A stretch of DNA of 64,000 nt, taken from NCBI RefSeq assembly GCF_963921235.1, contig NC_086097.1:219234001-219298000 (forward strand). The letters run 5' to 3'. The position numbers and the translations under genes are program-made. How positions within the stretch are numbered: position 1 is the first letter of the stretch; each line of letters begins with the position of its first letter. Source of the DNA: Mobula hypostoma. Taxonomy: Eukaryota. Of this stretch, positions 13,089-26,886 are shown piece after piece. Under the pieces are notes generated by a model that saw only the letters and a program-made list of their open reading frames with translations, searched no databases and was not told where the DNA came from.

Positions 13089-15479
13089 TGAGAGAATCTG
13101 CAGATCCTGCCGTCTCCAACGCTAGCAGGCGTGAACTTCAGACCGCGACCCCCGCCGTTAATCTCAGCGGCTCTACTGACCTACAGCAAATTCAAAACCC
13201 GGACTCCACCACCATCCATGCGGGATCCAGCGACCACGGACACCTTCAAAGCGATTGCACAGCCTCCAACTCAACCCTCCACACTAATCCTAACCTTACC
13301 ATAAAGCCCGCTGATAAGGGGGGTGCTGTAGTAGTCTGGCGTACTGGCCTCCACCTTGCTGAGACACAGCGACAACTCACTGATCCCTCCTCTTACCTAC
13401 CCCTCGAACATGACCCCACTAAGGAGCACCAGGCCATTGTCTCCCACACCATCGCTGACCTTATCAGCTCTGGGGATCTCCCATCCACTGCCACGAACCT
13501 CATAGTTCCCACCCCCTACACATCCTGTTTCTACCTCCTACCCAAGATCCACAAACCTGCCTGTCCAGGTAGACCCATTGTCTCATCTTGCTCCTGCCCC
13601 ACCGAACTCATTTCTGCATACCTCGACACTGTTTTATCCCCCCTTCTTCAATTCCTTCCCACTTATGTTCGTAACACTTCTCACGCTCTGGATTTTTTTA
13701 ATGACTTCAAGTTCTCTGGCCCCCATCGTCTTACTTTCACCATGGATGTCCAGTCCCTATATACTTCCACCCCACATCAGGAAGGTCTCAAAGCTCTCCG
13801 TTTCTTTTTGGATTCCAGACCCAACCGGTTCCCCTCTAACACCACTCTGCTCCGTCTAGCGGCATTAGTCCTTACTCTTAATAATTTCTCCTTTGGCTCC
13901 TCCCACTTCCTTCAAACTAAAGGTGTAGCCATGGGCACCCGTATGGGTCCCAGGTATGCCTGCCTTTTTGTTGGCTATGTGGAACAGTCCATGTTCCAAG
14001 CATATACTGGTATCCGTCCCCCACTTTTCCTTCGCTACATCGAGGACTGCATTGGCGCTGCGTCCTGCACGCATGCTGAGCTCGTTGACTTCATCAACTT
14101 TGCCTCCAACTTCCACCCTGCCCTCAAATTTACCTGGTCCATTTCCGACACTTCCTCCCCTTCCTTGATCTTTCTGTCTCTATCTCTGGAGACAGCTTAT
14201 CTACTGATGTCTACCATAAGCCCACGGACTCTCACAGCTACCTGGACTATTTCTCTTCCCACCCTACTACTTGTAAAAATGCCATCCCCTTCTCTCAATT
14301 CCTTTGTCTCCACCGCATCTGCTCTCAGGATGAGGCATTTCATTCCAGGACGAAGGAGATGTCTTCCTTTTTTAAAGGAAGGGGCTTCCCTTCCTCCACC
14401 ATCAGCTCTGCTCTCAAATGCATCTCTCCCATTTCATGCACATCTGCTCTCACTCCATCCTCCCACCACCCCACTAGGAATAGGGTTTCCCTTGTCCTCG
14501 CCTACCACCCCACTAGCCTCCGGGTCCAACATATTATTCTCTGTAACTTCCGCCACCTCCAACGGGATCCCACCACCAAGCACATATTTCCCTCCCTCTC
14601 TCTCTCTCTGCTTTCTGCAGGGATCGCTCCCTACGCAACTCCCTTGTCCATTCGTCCCCCCCATCCCTCCCCACCAATCTCCCTCCTGGCACTTATCCTT
14701 GTAAGCGGAACAAGTGTTACACCTGCCCTTACACTTCCTCCGACACCTCCATTCAGGGCCCCAGACAGTCCTTCCAGGTGAGGTGACACTTCACCTGTGA
14801 GTCGGCTGGTGTGATATACTGTGCTCGGTGCTCCTGGTGTGGCCTTCTATATATTGGTGAGACCCGACGCAGACTGGGAGACTGCTTCGCTAAACACCTA
14901 TGCTCTGTCCGCCAGAGAAAGCAGGATCTCCCAGTGGCCACCCATTTTAATTCCACGCCCCATTCCCATTCTGATATGTCAATCCATAGCCTCCTCTACT
15001 GTCGAGATGAAGCCACACTCAGGCTGGAGGAACAACACCTCATATTCCTTCTGGGTAGCCTCCAACCTGATGGCATGAACATTGATTTCTCTAAATTCCA
15101 TCAATGCCCCTCCTCCCCTTCTTACCCCATCTCTAATTTTTATATATTTTTTTTCTTTCTTTTCCTCTCACAATAACTCCTTGCCTGTTCTCCACCTTCC
15201 TCTTGTGCTCCCCTCCCCCTTTCTTTCTTCCAAGGCCTTCCGTCCTATGATAACTCCCCCCTCTCCAGCCTTATCCTTTTTGCCAATCAACTTCCCAGCT
15301 CTTGGCTTCACCCCTCCCTTTCCTGTCTTCTCCTATCATTTCGGGTCTCCCACTCCCACTTTCAAATCTCTTACTATCTCTTTTTTCCATTAGTCCTGAC
15401 AAAGGGTCTTGACCCGAAACGTTGACTGTACTTCTTTCTATAGATGCTGCCCAGCCTGCTGCTTTCCACCAGCATTTTG
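13089..15479 (+). mobile_element. Penelope-like retroelement (RT + GIY-YIG endonuclease + terminal repeat), frameshifted
   Basis: TIKPADKGGAVVV, YLLPKIHK, MDVQSLYT, QTKGVAMG, RYIED (YIDD variant), IYCARCSWCGLLYIGETRRRL. 11-bp TSD AAGGCATGTTA at 13078-13088 and 15480-15490. Confidence 0.92.
15393..15427 (+). ncRNA. Degenerate minimal hammerhead motif in Penelope terminal repeat
   Basis: GTC-CTGACAA-AGGGTCTTGACCC-GAAA-CGTT-GAC; core G8 is changed to A. Confidence 0.6.
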
Positions 15480-16574
15480 AAGGCATGTTACCTTGTTTTT
15501 TTCAGATACTTGAATGACAGTAAACTTAAAGCAAGTGGGAACCTCAGAATGAAGAGGCCAAAAGTGTCTGCAAATATTTCTGTCAGCTATTCTGCACAAA
15601 ATCCAAACACACAGCCAGGGACACCATCCATGCCAGATGCTTCCACATGTTGACAGAAGACTGAAATTCTGTCCACAATAGCATTGGGTCTTTGAGAACA
15701 GGTGCTGACATCCCAGTCTCCTTCTGTTCAAAACGTGCTCGGAATGCATTAAGCTCATCAGGAAGGGATGCACCTTTGTTGACTATGCTGTCGACTTCGT
15801 TATGCAGCCCGTTATCATATGTAAGCCATGCCACAACTGACAGCAGGTTTGGGATTGATATTGTCTTTTTGGTAAGTTGTATCTCAAATTTTGTATAGGT
15901 CAGGGTCACCTGATTTGAATACCATAGTCCTAGACTTCAGTAGGGAGTGTATCTTTTGCTTCATCTGGTTTTCAGTTTGGGAACACCCAGCCAGCCGTGT
16001 TTAGTACACAGTCCTCAGCACGTGCTGATTAATTTTGTGATGGTGGTAACATCCTTATCTAGGGAATTCGACCAAGTGCTTCCATGTTCTATTCAGTGTA
16101 ATAGATTTGATTTTTTTTCAGTAATCAGACATTCGTTTAGTGACATCAAGATATGAGCAACACACATTTACTCCCTTATATAAATTAGAGCTGAAGGGTG
16201 CAACCTATAAGTATTGTGCATCGGTCTCATCATAGCTAAGAGCATATTGTGTTTTTATTTCCTGTATTATTATATAAATTAATATTGCTGATTGACAGGT
16301 TGATTACCTACACTTCATGTTCTTGCTCTTGAGGTGATTTGAGGCTCAATATTCCTTCTTCCAATTAACTGCGGCTTATGCTGTCTCCTCTGGAGTGACA
16401 GGCATGCTCCTCCCATGCCCGTGGTAGCAATACCCTCCAACTCCTTTTTACTTTTGCCTGAATAGAGGTCATGAGCGACCTTCCATTGTTGCACCTTTGG
16501 TCAATGAACCACTGCATGGGTGGTGGAAGAGATGGAATGTCACTGGTGGGATGAAGATGAACACTCATGGGGAT

Positions 16575-19210
16575 AGAACCATAAGACCAAAAGACAGAGG
16601 AGCAGAATTTGACACCCTGACTAATGAAGAACCTAACAACCTTTGCTTTAAATATACTCAATGATTTATCCTCCACAGCCTTCTGTGGAAATGAATCCCA
16701 CAGATTCACCACTCTCTGGCTAAAGAAATTTTTCCTCATCTCTATTCTAATAGATGTCCCTCAATTCTGAGGCTGTGCCCTCTGATCCTAGATTCCCCCG
16801 CTATGGGAAGCATCCTCTCATCATCCACTCTATCTAGGCCTTACAATATTCAAAAGGTTTCAGTGAGATCCCCCTCATTCTTCTAAACTCCAGCAAGTAC
16901 AGGACCAGGGCCATCGAATGCTTCTCACATATTAAACCTTTCATTCCTGGAAACATTCTCATGAACCTCCTCTGGATTCTCGCCAATGCCAGCACATATT
17001 TTATTTGATAAGGGGCCCAAAACTGCTCAGAATATTTCAAGTATGGTCTGACAAATGCCTTATAAAACCTCAGCATTATATCCTTGTTCTTATATTCTAG
17101 TCCTCTTGAAATGTATGCTCATATTGCATTTGTCTTCCTTACCATCGACTCAACCTGGAAGTTAACCTTTAGGGGATCTTGCACAAGGGTTCCCAAGTCC
17201 CATTGCACCTCTGATTTTTGAGTTTTCTCGAGGGAGGGAGGGGAGGGAGGGGAGGAGGAGGAAACGTTGACCCAGACCATGAGGGGCCTGCGTCGGGCAT
17301 TTTCATGCCTTACAAGGCACAGATTGGAAGTCTGTGTGGGGTGCCACTCCTCGCACAGACTAGAGCAATGTGTGATTAAGTGCCTTGCTCAGGGGCACAA
17401 ACACACTGCCACAGCTGAGGCTCGAACTAGCAACCTTGATGTAACTAGACGAATGCCTTAACCAGTTGGCCACGTGCCATTTCCCCATTTGGAAAATAGT
17501 CTCTGCATTTATTCCTTCTACCATACACTTCCCTACACTATATTGTTTGTATCTCTTCATTGCCCATTCTCCTGATCTGTTTAAGTCCTTCTACAAACTC
17601 CCTGCTACTTCAACTCTACCTGCCCCTCCAACTATCTTCATACCTTCTGCAAACTTGGCTACAAACCCATCAATTCTGTAATCCAAATCATTGATATATT
17701 TAGTGAAATAGCAGTCCCAATATTTACCTCTGCAGAATACCACTAGTCACTGGCAGCCAAACAGAAAAGATCCCCCCTTCTTCACACTATTTGCTTCCTA
17801 CCAGTGAGCCAATCTTCTATCCATATTTTCTGTAATATCATGGGCTTTTATCTTGTTAAGCAGCCTCATGCACAACAACTTGTCAAAGGGCTTCTGAAAA
17901 TCCAAGTACACAACATCCACCAACTCTCCTTTGTCAATCCTGCCTCAAAGAATTCCAGCAGATTTGTCAGGCAAGATTTCTCCCAAAGGAAACCATGTTG
18001 ATTTTGGCCTACCTTATCATCTGCCACCATGTACCCAAAACTCCATCTTTAATGATGGACTCCAACATCTTCCCAATCACTGAAGTCAGCCTAACTAGCC
18101 TAAAATTTCCATTTTTCCTGCCTCCCTCTTGAACCAAAGGGGTAACTGCATTTCAATTCACTTGCCCCATCACTGAAATGTTCCCACAACCTATAGTCTC
18201 ACTCTCAAGGACTCTTCATCTCATGTTCTTGATATTTATAGTTTATTTATTTATCATTACTATTTATTTAGTTTTGTATTTGCACAGATTATTGTTTTTC
18301 ACCCGGCTGGTAAGGTGTTTCATTGATTTTATTATGGTCATAATTCTATTAAGGCTTTATTGAGTATGCCCACAAGAAAATTAATCTTAGGGTTGTATAT
18401 GGTGACATATATGTACTTTGATAATAAATTTACTTTGACCTCTAAGATCCCTCTTAAGGAGTGGAGGTAAATTTGCAATTTTCCAGTCCTCCAGAGCTAT
18501 TCCAGAAAGATCACTATTAATGCCTCCACAATCTCCTCAGCCACCTCTTTCAGAACCCTGGGGTGTAGTCCATCTGGTGAAGGTGATATATCTAACTTCA
18601 GACCTTTCAGCTTCCCAAGCACCTTCTCCTTATTAATAGCAACTACACTCACTTCAGGCCCTTGACACGCTCACATTTTTGGCATACTGCTAGTGTCCTC
18701 CACAGTGAAGACTGATGCAAAAAACTTATTAAGATAATCTGCTATTTTTTGTTTCCCATTACTGCCTCTCCAGTGCTATTTTCCAGCTATCCAATATCCA
18801 CTCTTGCCTCTCTTACTTGTTATATATCTGAAAAAAAGATTGTATCCTCTTTTATATTATTGGATAGCTTGCCTTCATATTTCATCTTTTCTCTCCTAAT
18901 GGCTATTTTAGTTGCTTTCTGTTGCATTTTAAAAGCTTCCCAATCTTGTAGCTTCTCACTAATTTTTTGCTGTATTATATTCTTTCTCTTTTCCATTATA
19001 TTGTCTTTAACTTCTCTTGATAACCACAGCTGTGTCATCCTCCCTTCAGAGTATTCCTTTATCTTTAGGATATATCTTTCCTGCACCTTCTGAATTGCCC
19101 CCAGAAACACCAGCCATTGCTGTTCTGCCATTATCTCTGCTAGTGTTCCCTTGCAATCAACTTTGGCCAGCTCCTCTCTCATGCTTCTGTAATTCTCTTT
19201 ACATTCATGT
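16575..19210 (-). mobile_element. 5'-truncated CR1 LINE with nested SINE-like inserts (about 17230-17478 and 18128-18445)
   Basis: ORFs 16834-17076 (YKAFVRPYLKYSEQFWAP) and 18820-19230 (QERYI...LWLSREVK), plus CR1 tail at about 16575-16600. Confidence 0.85.
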
Positions 19211-22038
19211 GTAACACGCATATATAACAAGTAAGAGAGGCAAGAGTGGATAGAGCTCCCAGATTCCTTCAGGAGGTAGTACTTCAGGCCATATTACCCT
19301 GAATGGTATGCTGCATACTGTCAGAGCCTGCATCGTAATGCATGCCCACTCTGTCGGAGAACACATATGTTTCACTTCAGCATTTATTTCCAAGTGTATA
19401 CCATCAGCTTGTACTTTTGACCAATTTTGCAGTGTTGCTCTATACACATTTTTTAGCCCGTCAGTTAAATTTTATCCTTATCTGTTGCACTGAACAGCCA
19501 TTATATTTGGCATTGATGCCCATTCTGGTGCCCAGTGATGGAGCAGGACTTTTGGTTTGAAGCCAACAGAAGAGTCTTAAGTTTCCTAGCTGGGTGGGTT
19601 TTTGTTACTTCTGGCCACAGGATGAGGTACAGCCTTCTGATCCAGTGGAGTGTTGGCCCTGGGACATATGGGCTCCGTCGATGGACTCCTCATGGTATCT
19701 GACAAGGCCGCACAGACTAACTCAGATTTTACAGCTTTCCGCTGTGAAATCTGCCTTCTGAATCTGGCGCAAATCCAGCAACCCCACTGAAATGAGTGGG
19801 AAGAAACAGCTGTAGGGAGAACAGTAAACAGTCTCTTCCACTTGATTTAATTCAGTTAATTTACCTTTACTTAATGCTTCTTAAACATTTGTGTGTGTTC
19901 TAGTGTTTGAATTTGCAATAATTTAACCTTTTAAAATATTATATTTTGCCATTGGTCCTGCTATGTTTTTGAATGTTTGCAAATTTCAAACACGAGTACC
20001 AATATCTATTCTTGGTGTCAGATTTGAAAACTGGTGACCCCTAGGGTCAAGATCCCCACTGGCTGACACAGGCATTCTGGAAGTACTGCTGGCCTTAAGA
20101 ACTAGGAGAAGCACTGTGCTGGACCTCGCTGATCAGTAAGAGTGACCTCCCAGCAGAAAGCTGCACTCAGGGCCATGTTGAAAAAACCAATGTGGTTAAG
20201 AAGCTGATTTACCAGTCAACCAAATACCCAATACCTTGTCTGGGGTTTGAAGAGCACTGATTTCTGTGTTGTACGTGCTATATTGTGGAACAGTCCTGAC
20301 AAATTTAAATTAATCAGAATCAGGGTTAATATCACTAGAATACGTTGTGAGTTTTGTTGTCTTTGTGGCAGCAGTACATGATAATAGGAAAATTTGTTAA
20401 TTAAAATAAATATATATATAGCCACACAGTCATGGCGTAGAGAGAGTAAAGCAGAGAGACTAAGCACACATCCCTGAGGTATGAAAAGTTTGATTGCCAG
20501 CGAGGTGGAGATGCTATTAACAATCTGCACAGATTGTGGTCTTCCTGTTAGGAAGTCGAGGATCCAGTTGCAGAGGGAATAATGGCCTGCAAACCCTGTC
20601 AGAGTTGATGTGCATCCAACTCTGCCTCCAACCTCGTCTGCTGTAATTTTTTAAGCAAAAATGGGAAGTCTATTGCTATAAAGAGATTAAATAAGTCTCA
20701 TTGTGTAACTGCATATGTGTATGTGAAATGATATGCCAAAACTTTCAGGGGCTATTTGGAAGACTTCAGCTTTTTAAACTCAGAACATAGAACTTAGAAT
20801 AGTACAACACAGTATGTCCCTTTGGCCACGAAGTTCTGCTGAGCCATTATAAACATACTCCATGATCAATCCAACCCTTCCTTCTTGCACAGCCTATAAT
20901 CCCCTAATTTTATTACATCCATGTACTCATCTAAGAGGCTTTAAATATCTATATTGTACCCCTAGCAGAGCATTCCATGCACCTGCCACTCACTGCGTTA
21001 AAAAACCTACCTCTGACATCTCCCCTAAACTTTCCTCCGCTCACCTTAAGTAAATGCTCTCTGGTATTGGCCATTGCTGCCCTAGGAAAAAGGTGCTGGT
21101 GGTCCACTCTATTTGTGCCTCCCATAATCTTTATTTATTTATTGAGATTCAGCATGAAGTAGCCCCTTCCAGCCCTTTGAGCCATGCTTCTCAGCAGTAC
21201 CCCAATTTAATCCTATCCTAAAAATGGGACGATTTACGATAACCAATTACCAACCGGAGGAAGCCCAGGCAGTAGCAGGGTGAACCTACAAACTCCTTAC
21301 AGGCAGCGATGGGAATTGAACCCAGGTCGCCTTTACTGTAAAGTGTTGTGCTAATCACTGCACTACTGTGCCGCCCCCTCATCCACTTCGATGAAATTGT
21401 CTCTCATCTTCCCAAATCCAAAGAAAGACGCTTTAGCTTGCTCAACCTTTCAAATTTGTTTTGTGTTAGTATTCCTCAAAAGAGAAACATAATTTATACG
21501 CACAAACTCAGTATGTAAAGCACAAGTATTGCTTTTCGGCAATATGCTCATCCCATAATTTCAGACTGTCACAAATCAAAAGTGCTGGATACACATTTAA
21601 GACACTCTGTCTATTTTGAATTTAGTATTAAATTTCTTTTAAAAACATCTGAAAGTCTCCAAGGGACTGCAACAATATTTCTTGTGTCAGCCACGTACAT
21701 TGACTATGTCAACTGTGCTGTCTGAGGAATAGACAGATGGTTTTCTTCTTCTTGCTGCTGACTAACAGCTTAAATCTCTTTTGGTTATATTGCATAAAAT
21801 CATATATATGCTATTAACCTGCATAGCACTAACATATTTATGAAAATTCTTTTATCTGCAGTTAATCCATTTTTAAACAATCCTTTATTAAAATGATGCA
21901 CAGAGAAATGCATCTGAATATTTTACACCTTGCATGATTTTAAGTCTTATTTACTTTTCTTCTGATTATTTAGAAATTCCTTCCCTCAACTCCAGAAAAT
22001 TAATTGAAAACCAGCTTAACACAAAACAATTATTTCAG

Positions 22039-22429
22039 GATCACACTCTCAGTTTCCTCACCTGAAGAACATTTCAGTCTGCTGTTGCTGATACTTCTCG
22101 TTCTGTTATCTCCCCTCCACTGATAGCAGGATAATTTATGCTGTAACAACACTCCCCTATTGAATGTACTGTGGTTCGCCCCTCTAAACGAGCACCAGTG
22201 AGAGGCCAGTTCTACTTTAAAGCCATTAAATTGTAGCATGACATTATGTCTACAGGATTCTAAGTTAAGGTCAGTTAACTGCAATAATTCCCTCTGCAGA
22301 AGAAGATGCTGCATAATTGCAAGAAATGGTGTGCCAAGTTTACAAGTCATGTGAAGAGGGAACTCTGTCACTTGATGAAGGGGCAATGGAAATTGAGAAG
22401 ATGTTGACGTTGCATTACACAATATACTC
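22039..22429 (+). pseudogene. Exon remnant, hinge-like segment following a sushi-like module
   Basis: PIECTVVRPSKRAPVRGQFYFKAIK at 22156-22230, then LQEMVCQVYKSCEEG. Donor GTAAGT at 22430. In-frame stops present. Confidence 0.45.
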
Positions 22430-22579
22430 GTAAGTAGTCAAATGGATCATTTCTTTTATATTGTGTCTGCATATTTTTCAGTTTTTAATAACTTTCCTCT
22501 TAAAAGATCGCAAATTATTGATTTTAATTGAGATGTTGCATGCATTTTCTCCCCGTCAACTGTTGAATTTTGCCTATAG

Positions 22580-22762
22580 AGCCTGCAGGAGTGGTAACAA
22601 CCAAGAAGAATGTCGATGGTGAAGTTCTTTGTAGCTCTGCTAATTTTGGTGATTACTCGATAACATTCACCTTTGCTCTTACCTTTCCTATTGTAGAGAC
22701 AAGTCCAAGTAGTGTGGATGACATGTAGAGTAAGACACTGTGTCACAAGTCAGAAAATACAG
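22580..22762 (+). pseudogene. Exon remnant with one in-frame stop
   Basis: Acceptor TTTTGCCTATAG and donor CAG|GTGAGA. Reads PAGVVTTKKNVDGEVLCSSANFGDYSITFTFALTFPIV...M*SKTLC. Confidence 0.5.
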
Positions 22763-22883
22763 GTGAGAACGTAAAGCTTGGTGTGGACAAGTGTAAGATA
22801 CAAGAACAGGCATTGAATTGCTTGGGTTCTTAACCTGACTTGAAGCAGTGGAACATAAAGTGTACAAGGAACAAATTGCTCAG

Positions 22884-23093
22884 TATTCTCCCAATATGCG
22901 TGCCAGACGATGGTTATACGTTATGTCCACTAACTTGCCAAGGGCTGATACCCAAGCAGTTGATATTCCCTCACTTGCACAATGTTATATTCTCAAGGTA
23001 AAAGTGTCAAATTAGCCTATAGGACCATGGATCAAGGAAAGTGGCAGCTTCAGTCTTATCCACCAATCTTCCCCTGCATCAAGACAATTCTTG
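22884..23093 (+). pseudogene. Exon remnant, sushi/CCP-like module
   Basis: VPDDGYTLC...SLTC...RTMDQGKWQLQSYPPIFPC with two frameshifts. Donor GTGAGT at 23094. Confidence 0.55.
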
Positions 23094-25180
23094 GTGAGTA
23101 AATTAAAGAATACTTATATCAGTAATAATACTTTCTATGCCTTCTCAAATCTCACTACACCCAGCAAAGTACTTTTGAGATATTGCCATCATTACAATGT
23201 AGGGAAGGAGACATCAGATTTCACCATTTTGCAGCAATCTGACAATGATCAGAATTGAGTTGACTGAGTGAAAGACAAATATCAGCCTGGAATCTGAGGG
23301 AAGCTCCTCTACTCTTTCTCAATAAAATACCACAGATTTAGCATTCACTTGAGAGAGAAAGCAAGTCAATTCACCTTCTCATCTGACAGGCAGCAAGGCT
23401 CATAGTATCCTCTCTTTAGGAAGCATCAGGCCACATTTTTGTGTGTCCACTAGTGAGATTTGAACTCACGACCTTCAGACCAAGAGCAAGAATGCTACTA
23501 ATCATGTCAAGGACAAATGCCTCTGGAAGCAAGAAACAGAGAAGGAAGACAATTGGATTACAATTCATATACATTATTGCAGTAGGACAAAAAGCACATT
23601 GTGTTAACAATTTATTTGGTTTTGTGAGATTAAATCTACCCAGGATGTCCCATACCAGGATCTTGCCCAGATTTTTTAAAATCATAATTGCAGTATCACC
23701 TGACCCACATTCCAGCTCTGATGCTTTTACCCTAAGGATATAACATGGCGTGAGTAATGTTGAGGTGCAGGCAATTTACACAGCATAACCGTGTCATGGA
23801 AAACAGTGCCTATAAAGGTATATTTTACTCAGAGAGAATTTCACTTTGATGGGGAAAATAAGCCTCCTGATGCTGACACAGCCCCAAAGATGGTCACGAG
23901 TAAGATTAAGACTGTCTAGCACATTGACAAAAAAAAAAGAGCAGGGTAAGATCAGGGTAATTTTCATCTATATCTGCTTAGTGTTAATCAGGATCAGAAT
24001 CAGGTTTAATACCAATGGTATATGTTGTGATATTTGTTAACTTTTCGGCAGTAATACAATGCAATACATAATAAATAGTTTTAAATGAATTACAGTAAGT
24101 ATATACATATATGAAATAGTTAAAATAAGTAGTGTAAAAACGGAAAAAAATTTAAAGAAGGAGTGAGGTAGTGTCCATGGGTTCAATGTCCATTTCGGAA
24201 TTGTATGGCAGAGGGGAAGAAGCTATTCCTGAATCGCTGAGTGCGTGCCTTCAGACTTCTGTACCTCCTTCCCGACGGTAACAATGAGAAGATGGCATGT
24301 CCTGGGCGTTAATATATAGCTAGTTAATATATATTTACTTACTGCAATTCACATTTTTTTCTATTGTTATGTATTGCATTGTACTGCTGCCGCAGAGAAA
24401 ACAAATTTCATGACATGGTGGCAGGGATGGCCACTGGCACCAGGACAGGAAATGCCAGAGGCATATCAAGCTGTGCAGGTACACCAGAACCTCCAGAAAA
24501 ATGGTGCGGGAGGAGATGGGAAATTGCTGATGGTTGTAGGCAGTGCCTGGGGGCCTTCAAACAATTTCTGATTAACTACTGACAGTTATGACAGTTACTG
24601 TCAGTGGGTGTTTGGAAGATCTGGCCCACAGTGAGCTCTGTAATAGGCACATTTTTAATGGCAGGATACCTCAGCGGAGACACAAGAGACTACAGATGCT
24701 TGAGTCTGGAGCAACAAACAATCTGCTGGAGAAACTCAATGAGCCAAGCAGCACCTGTGAAAGGAAAGGCAGCCTTTGTTCTGAAACACTGACTATCACT
24801 TTCAACTCTACAACTCATCTTCTCAGTATAATTTAAAATCTTGATGGCACAATTTGTCTTCTTTTGGACATAGGTTTTTTAGCCGTCTGTTTATGCACTG
24901 TGTGGTTTTCATAAATTCTATTGTGTTTCTTCATTTTCCTGTAAATGACTGGAAGAGAAAAAATCTCAAGGTGGAATATGGTAACATATACATACTTTGA
25001 TAATAAACTTATTTTGACTTTGACCTTGAATCCCTTTCCTCCCACAAATTCTTTCAACCCATTGAGTTCTTCTAGTAGATCGTCTGTTGCTAACTAGTAT
25101 AAGTTTTTCACTGTACACAAATATTAAACACAAAGATGCTTGATCAAGAGAAATCTGTGCTCTCCTGTGTTGCCCCTCAG

Positions 25181-25287
25181 CATGTAATCCCTAATCCTTC
25201 TGATTAAGTTATCTGCCAGCACTCACCCCCTGGTTTGGGCTCATGTAAAACCCATAGAACAGCGTGGCAAGGTAAAATTCCAACCAG
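25181..25287 (+). pseudogene. Exon remnant, GCC2/GCC3 (ephrin-receptor-like Cys-rich) repeat
   Basis: Acceptor TGTTGCCCCTCAG. CNP*SF...GLGSCKT...QGK(F)QP fits the pattern CxPGxFS..GLxxCxxC..GxYQP. Confidence 0.45.
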
Positions 25288-26009
25288 GTTAGAAGAAAAG
25301 AAATGTATAAAACTCTCTCTTTAACGTAAGCTGCCAGTGAAGTTTGATTTCATATGTGCACGGTTAAGACATGAAACATTTGCTGGTGAGCTCGATCTGT
25401 TATTATGGTTTGCACAAATTTACAGTAGATTTCAATCTAAGAAAAACATCAATGAATATGAATGCTTTGGAGTTAAATTCTTACAGAAAAGCCTACATAC
25501 TTATTAAGAACATTGAAGGAGATTATCAAAGTACAGAATAATGCCACCTAAGTGATAGATCTGAGAGGAATTCTCAGCACATAAGACATTGTAAAGCTGA
25601 AGTAGACGAAATTGCTGCTAAATTTAGGGAGCAACGTTCTTAACAAAGTCACTAGCCTAACTTGCTGTATTAGCACTGCAAATTCTTTAAATGCAGTAAT
25701 ACATCAGGGAATACAATTATTGTAGAGTTTGAGTTTCTAGCCTTAATGTTTTTACTATATTTATCTCAGAGACTTCAGTAAGAATTAGCACCAAATTTGA
25801 TACAAAATGATTTTGTATCTTTTTTTCTGTATTTTTGTATCCTTTTTGTATTTTGTGTCCTTTTGAATTAGTCTAGACATTTCAAATTAAATAAAGGTTC
25901 TGTATAAGTGGAAGTTCTATGCATTCAAAATGAGGCCTCTTCTGTGTGTGAATGTGGTAGTTTTGACAAAGATGAATAATTTTGTTGTTCAGGCAAAGTA
26001 AGCATCTTT

Positions 26010-26100
26010 TCACTGTGGGCACTTACTAATGTGACAACGATTGCTTTTCGTCATGTCAGGGTTGTCTCCATGGATAGAAGGGCTCTGACTTCCAGCAACA
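26010..26100 (+). pseudogene. Remnant of EGF-like module
   Basis: HCGH...CDNDCFSSCQGCLHG*KGSDFQQ; the TAG lies at the expected Trp of GCxxGWxGxxC. Confidence 0.45.
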
Positions 26101-26645
26101 ACTCTTTACCCTCTGGTGAAAAACAAATAGCAGTTGGTTTGTAAGGATTTTCTGTAGACTTCAGATCCTAGGAAACAGTTTTCCTCTCTATAAACCATTC
26201 TTCTTCTGTTCAATAGTATGACATTGCTACGGAGATGAAAATATTGGTTAGAAAGTTCTTAAAGTGCCCCATCCTTGACTTTGGTCAGGTGCTAAGAGTG
26301 GTACAATAAGCACAGGTAAAAGCTGTACATTTTTTCTTCTTAAGGGGAAATAATAAATTCTTTGTTTTTAACAAAAGATCTCTCAGCTGAGTTGGGGCAT
26401 GATTTTTGTTATTTTTTAAATGGTGAGTCCGGCAGTCTTTGAGGATCATTATTAAGTGTTACCATGATTTGCGGTTTATGCCTTGGAGATCTTTATCAAG
26501 GGAAGACAGAAATCTGTACTATTTCTGTTTTAATTGACTTTAGAACTGAACCTAGTTTGAGAATGTTGATCCTGTAGGGAGTTTATGCAGCTGGTGTTCA
26601 CAGATATATTAAAACAACCCCTTTCTGTTTTTATTTTTCTCAAAG

Positions 26646-26886
26646 GACCAATTCTGAAAGGATTGAGTTGCGACAAGAGCCATCACTCATAAAGTAAATG
26701 CTAAAGGAAAGTCATGTAAAAAAAAAATGACCTCCAGAACACCTGCTGCTCTCAGTGATTTCAAACACAGAGCAGTAGCAGATGGAGCTGGCTGTAGATG
26801 CCCGAATCCCAAAATGAGGGAAAATTCCTGGAGGACAGAGTTCCCACCTGTAACAGGCAGGAGCCTCATGAGTGTTTGCAAGCCTG
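26646..26886 (+). pseudogene. Exon remnant, thyroglobulin type-1-like repeat
   Basis: Strong acceptor TTTTTATTTTTCTCAAAG. SKC...TC...GCRCPNPK..GKIPG with stops and frameshifts. Confidence 0.45.

Larger units (their letters stand above)
12825..16150 (-). mobile_element. Rex1/Babar-type LINE fragment, interrupted by a Penelope insertion
   Basis: ORF 15583-15909 contains GASLPDELNAFRARFEQKE. The sequence continues across the Penelope TSD. Confidence 0.7.

Noticed and set aside
13088..14704. 538-aa ORF as an intact gene
   Set aside because: It is Penelope RT up to about residue 355, then runs out of frame; the catalytic motif reads YIED.
22030..22746. Minus-strand ORFs of 130 aa and 96 aa as genes
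   Set aside because: No recognisable motifs; splice signals and Cys patterns favour the + strand.
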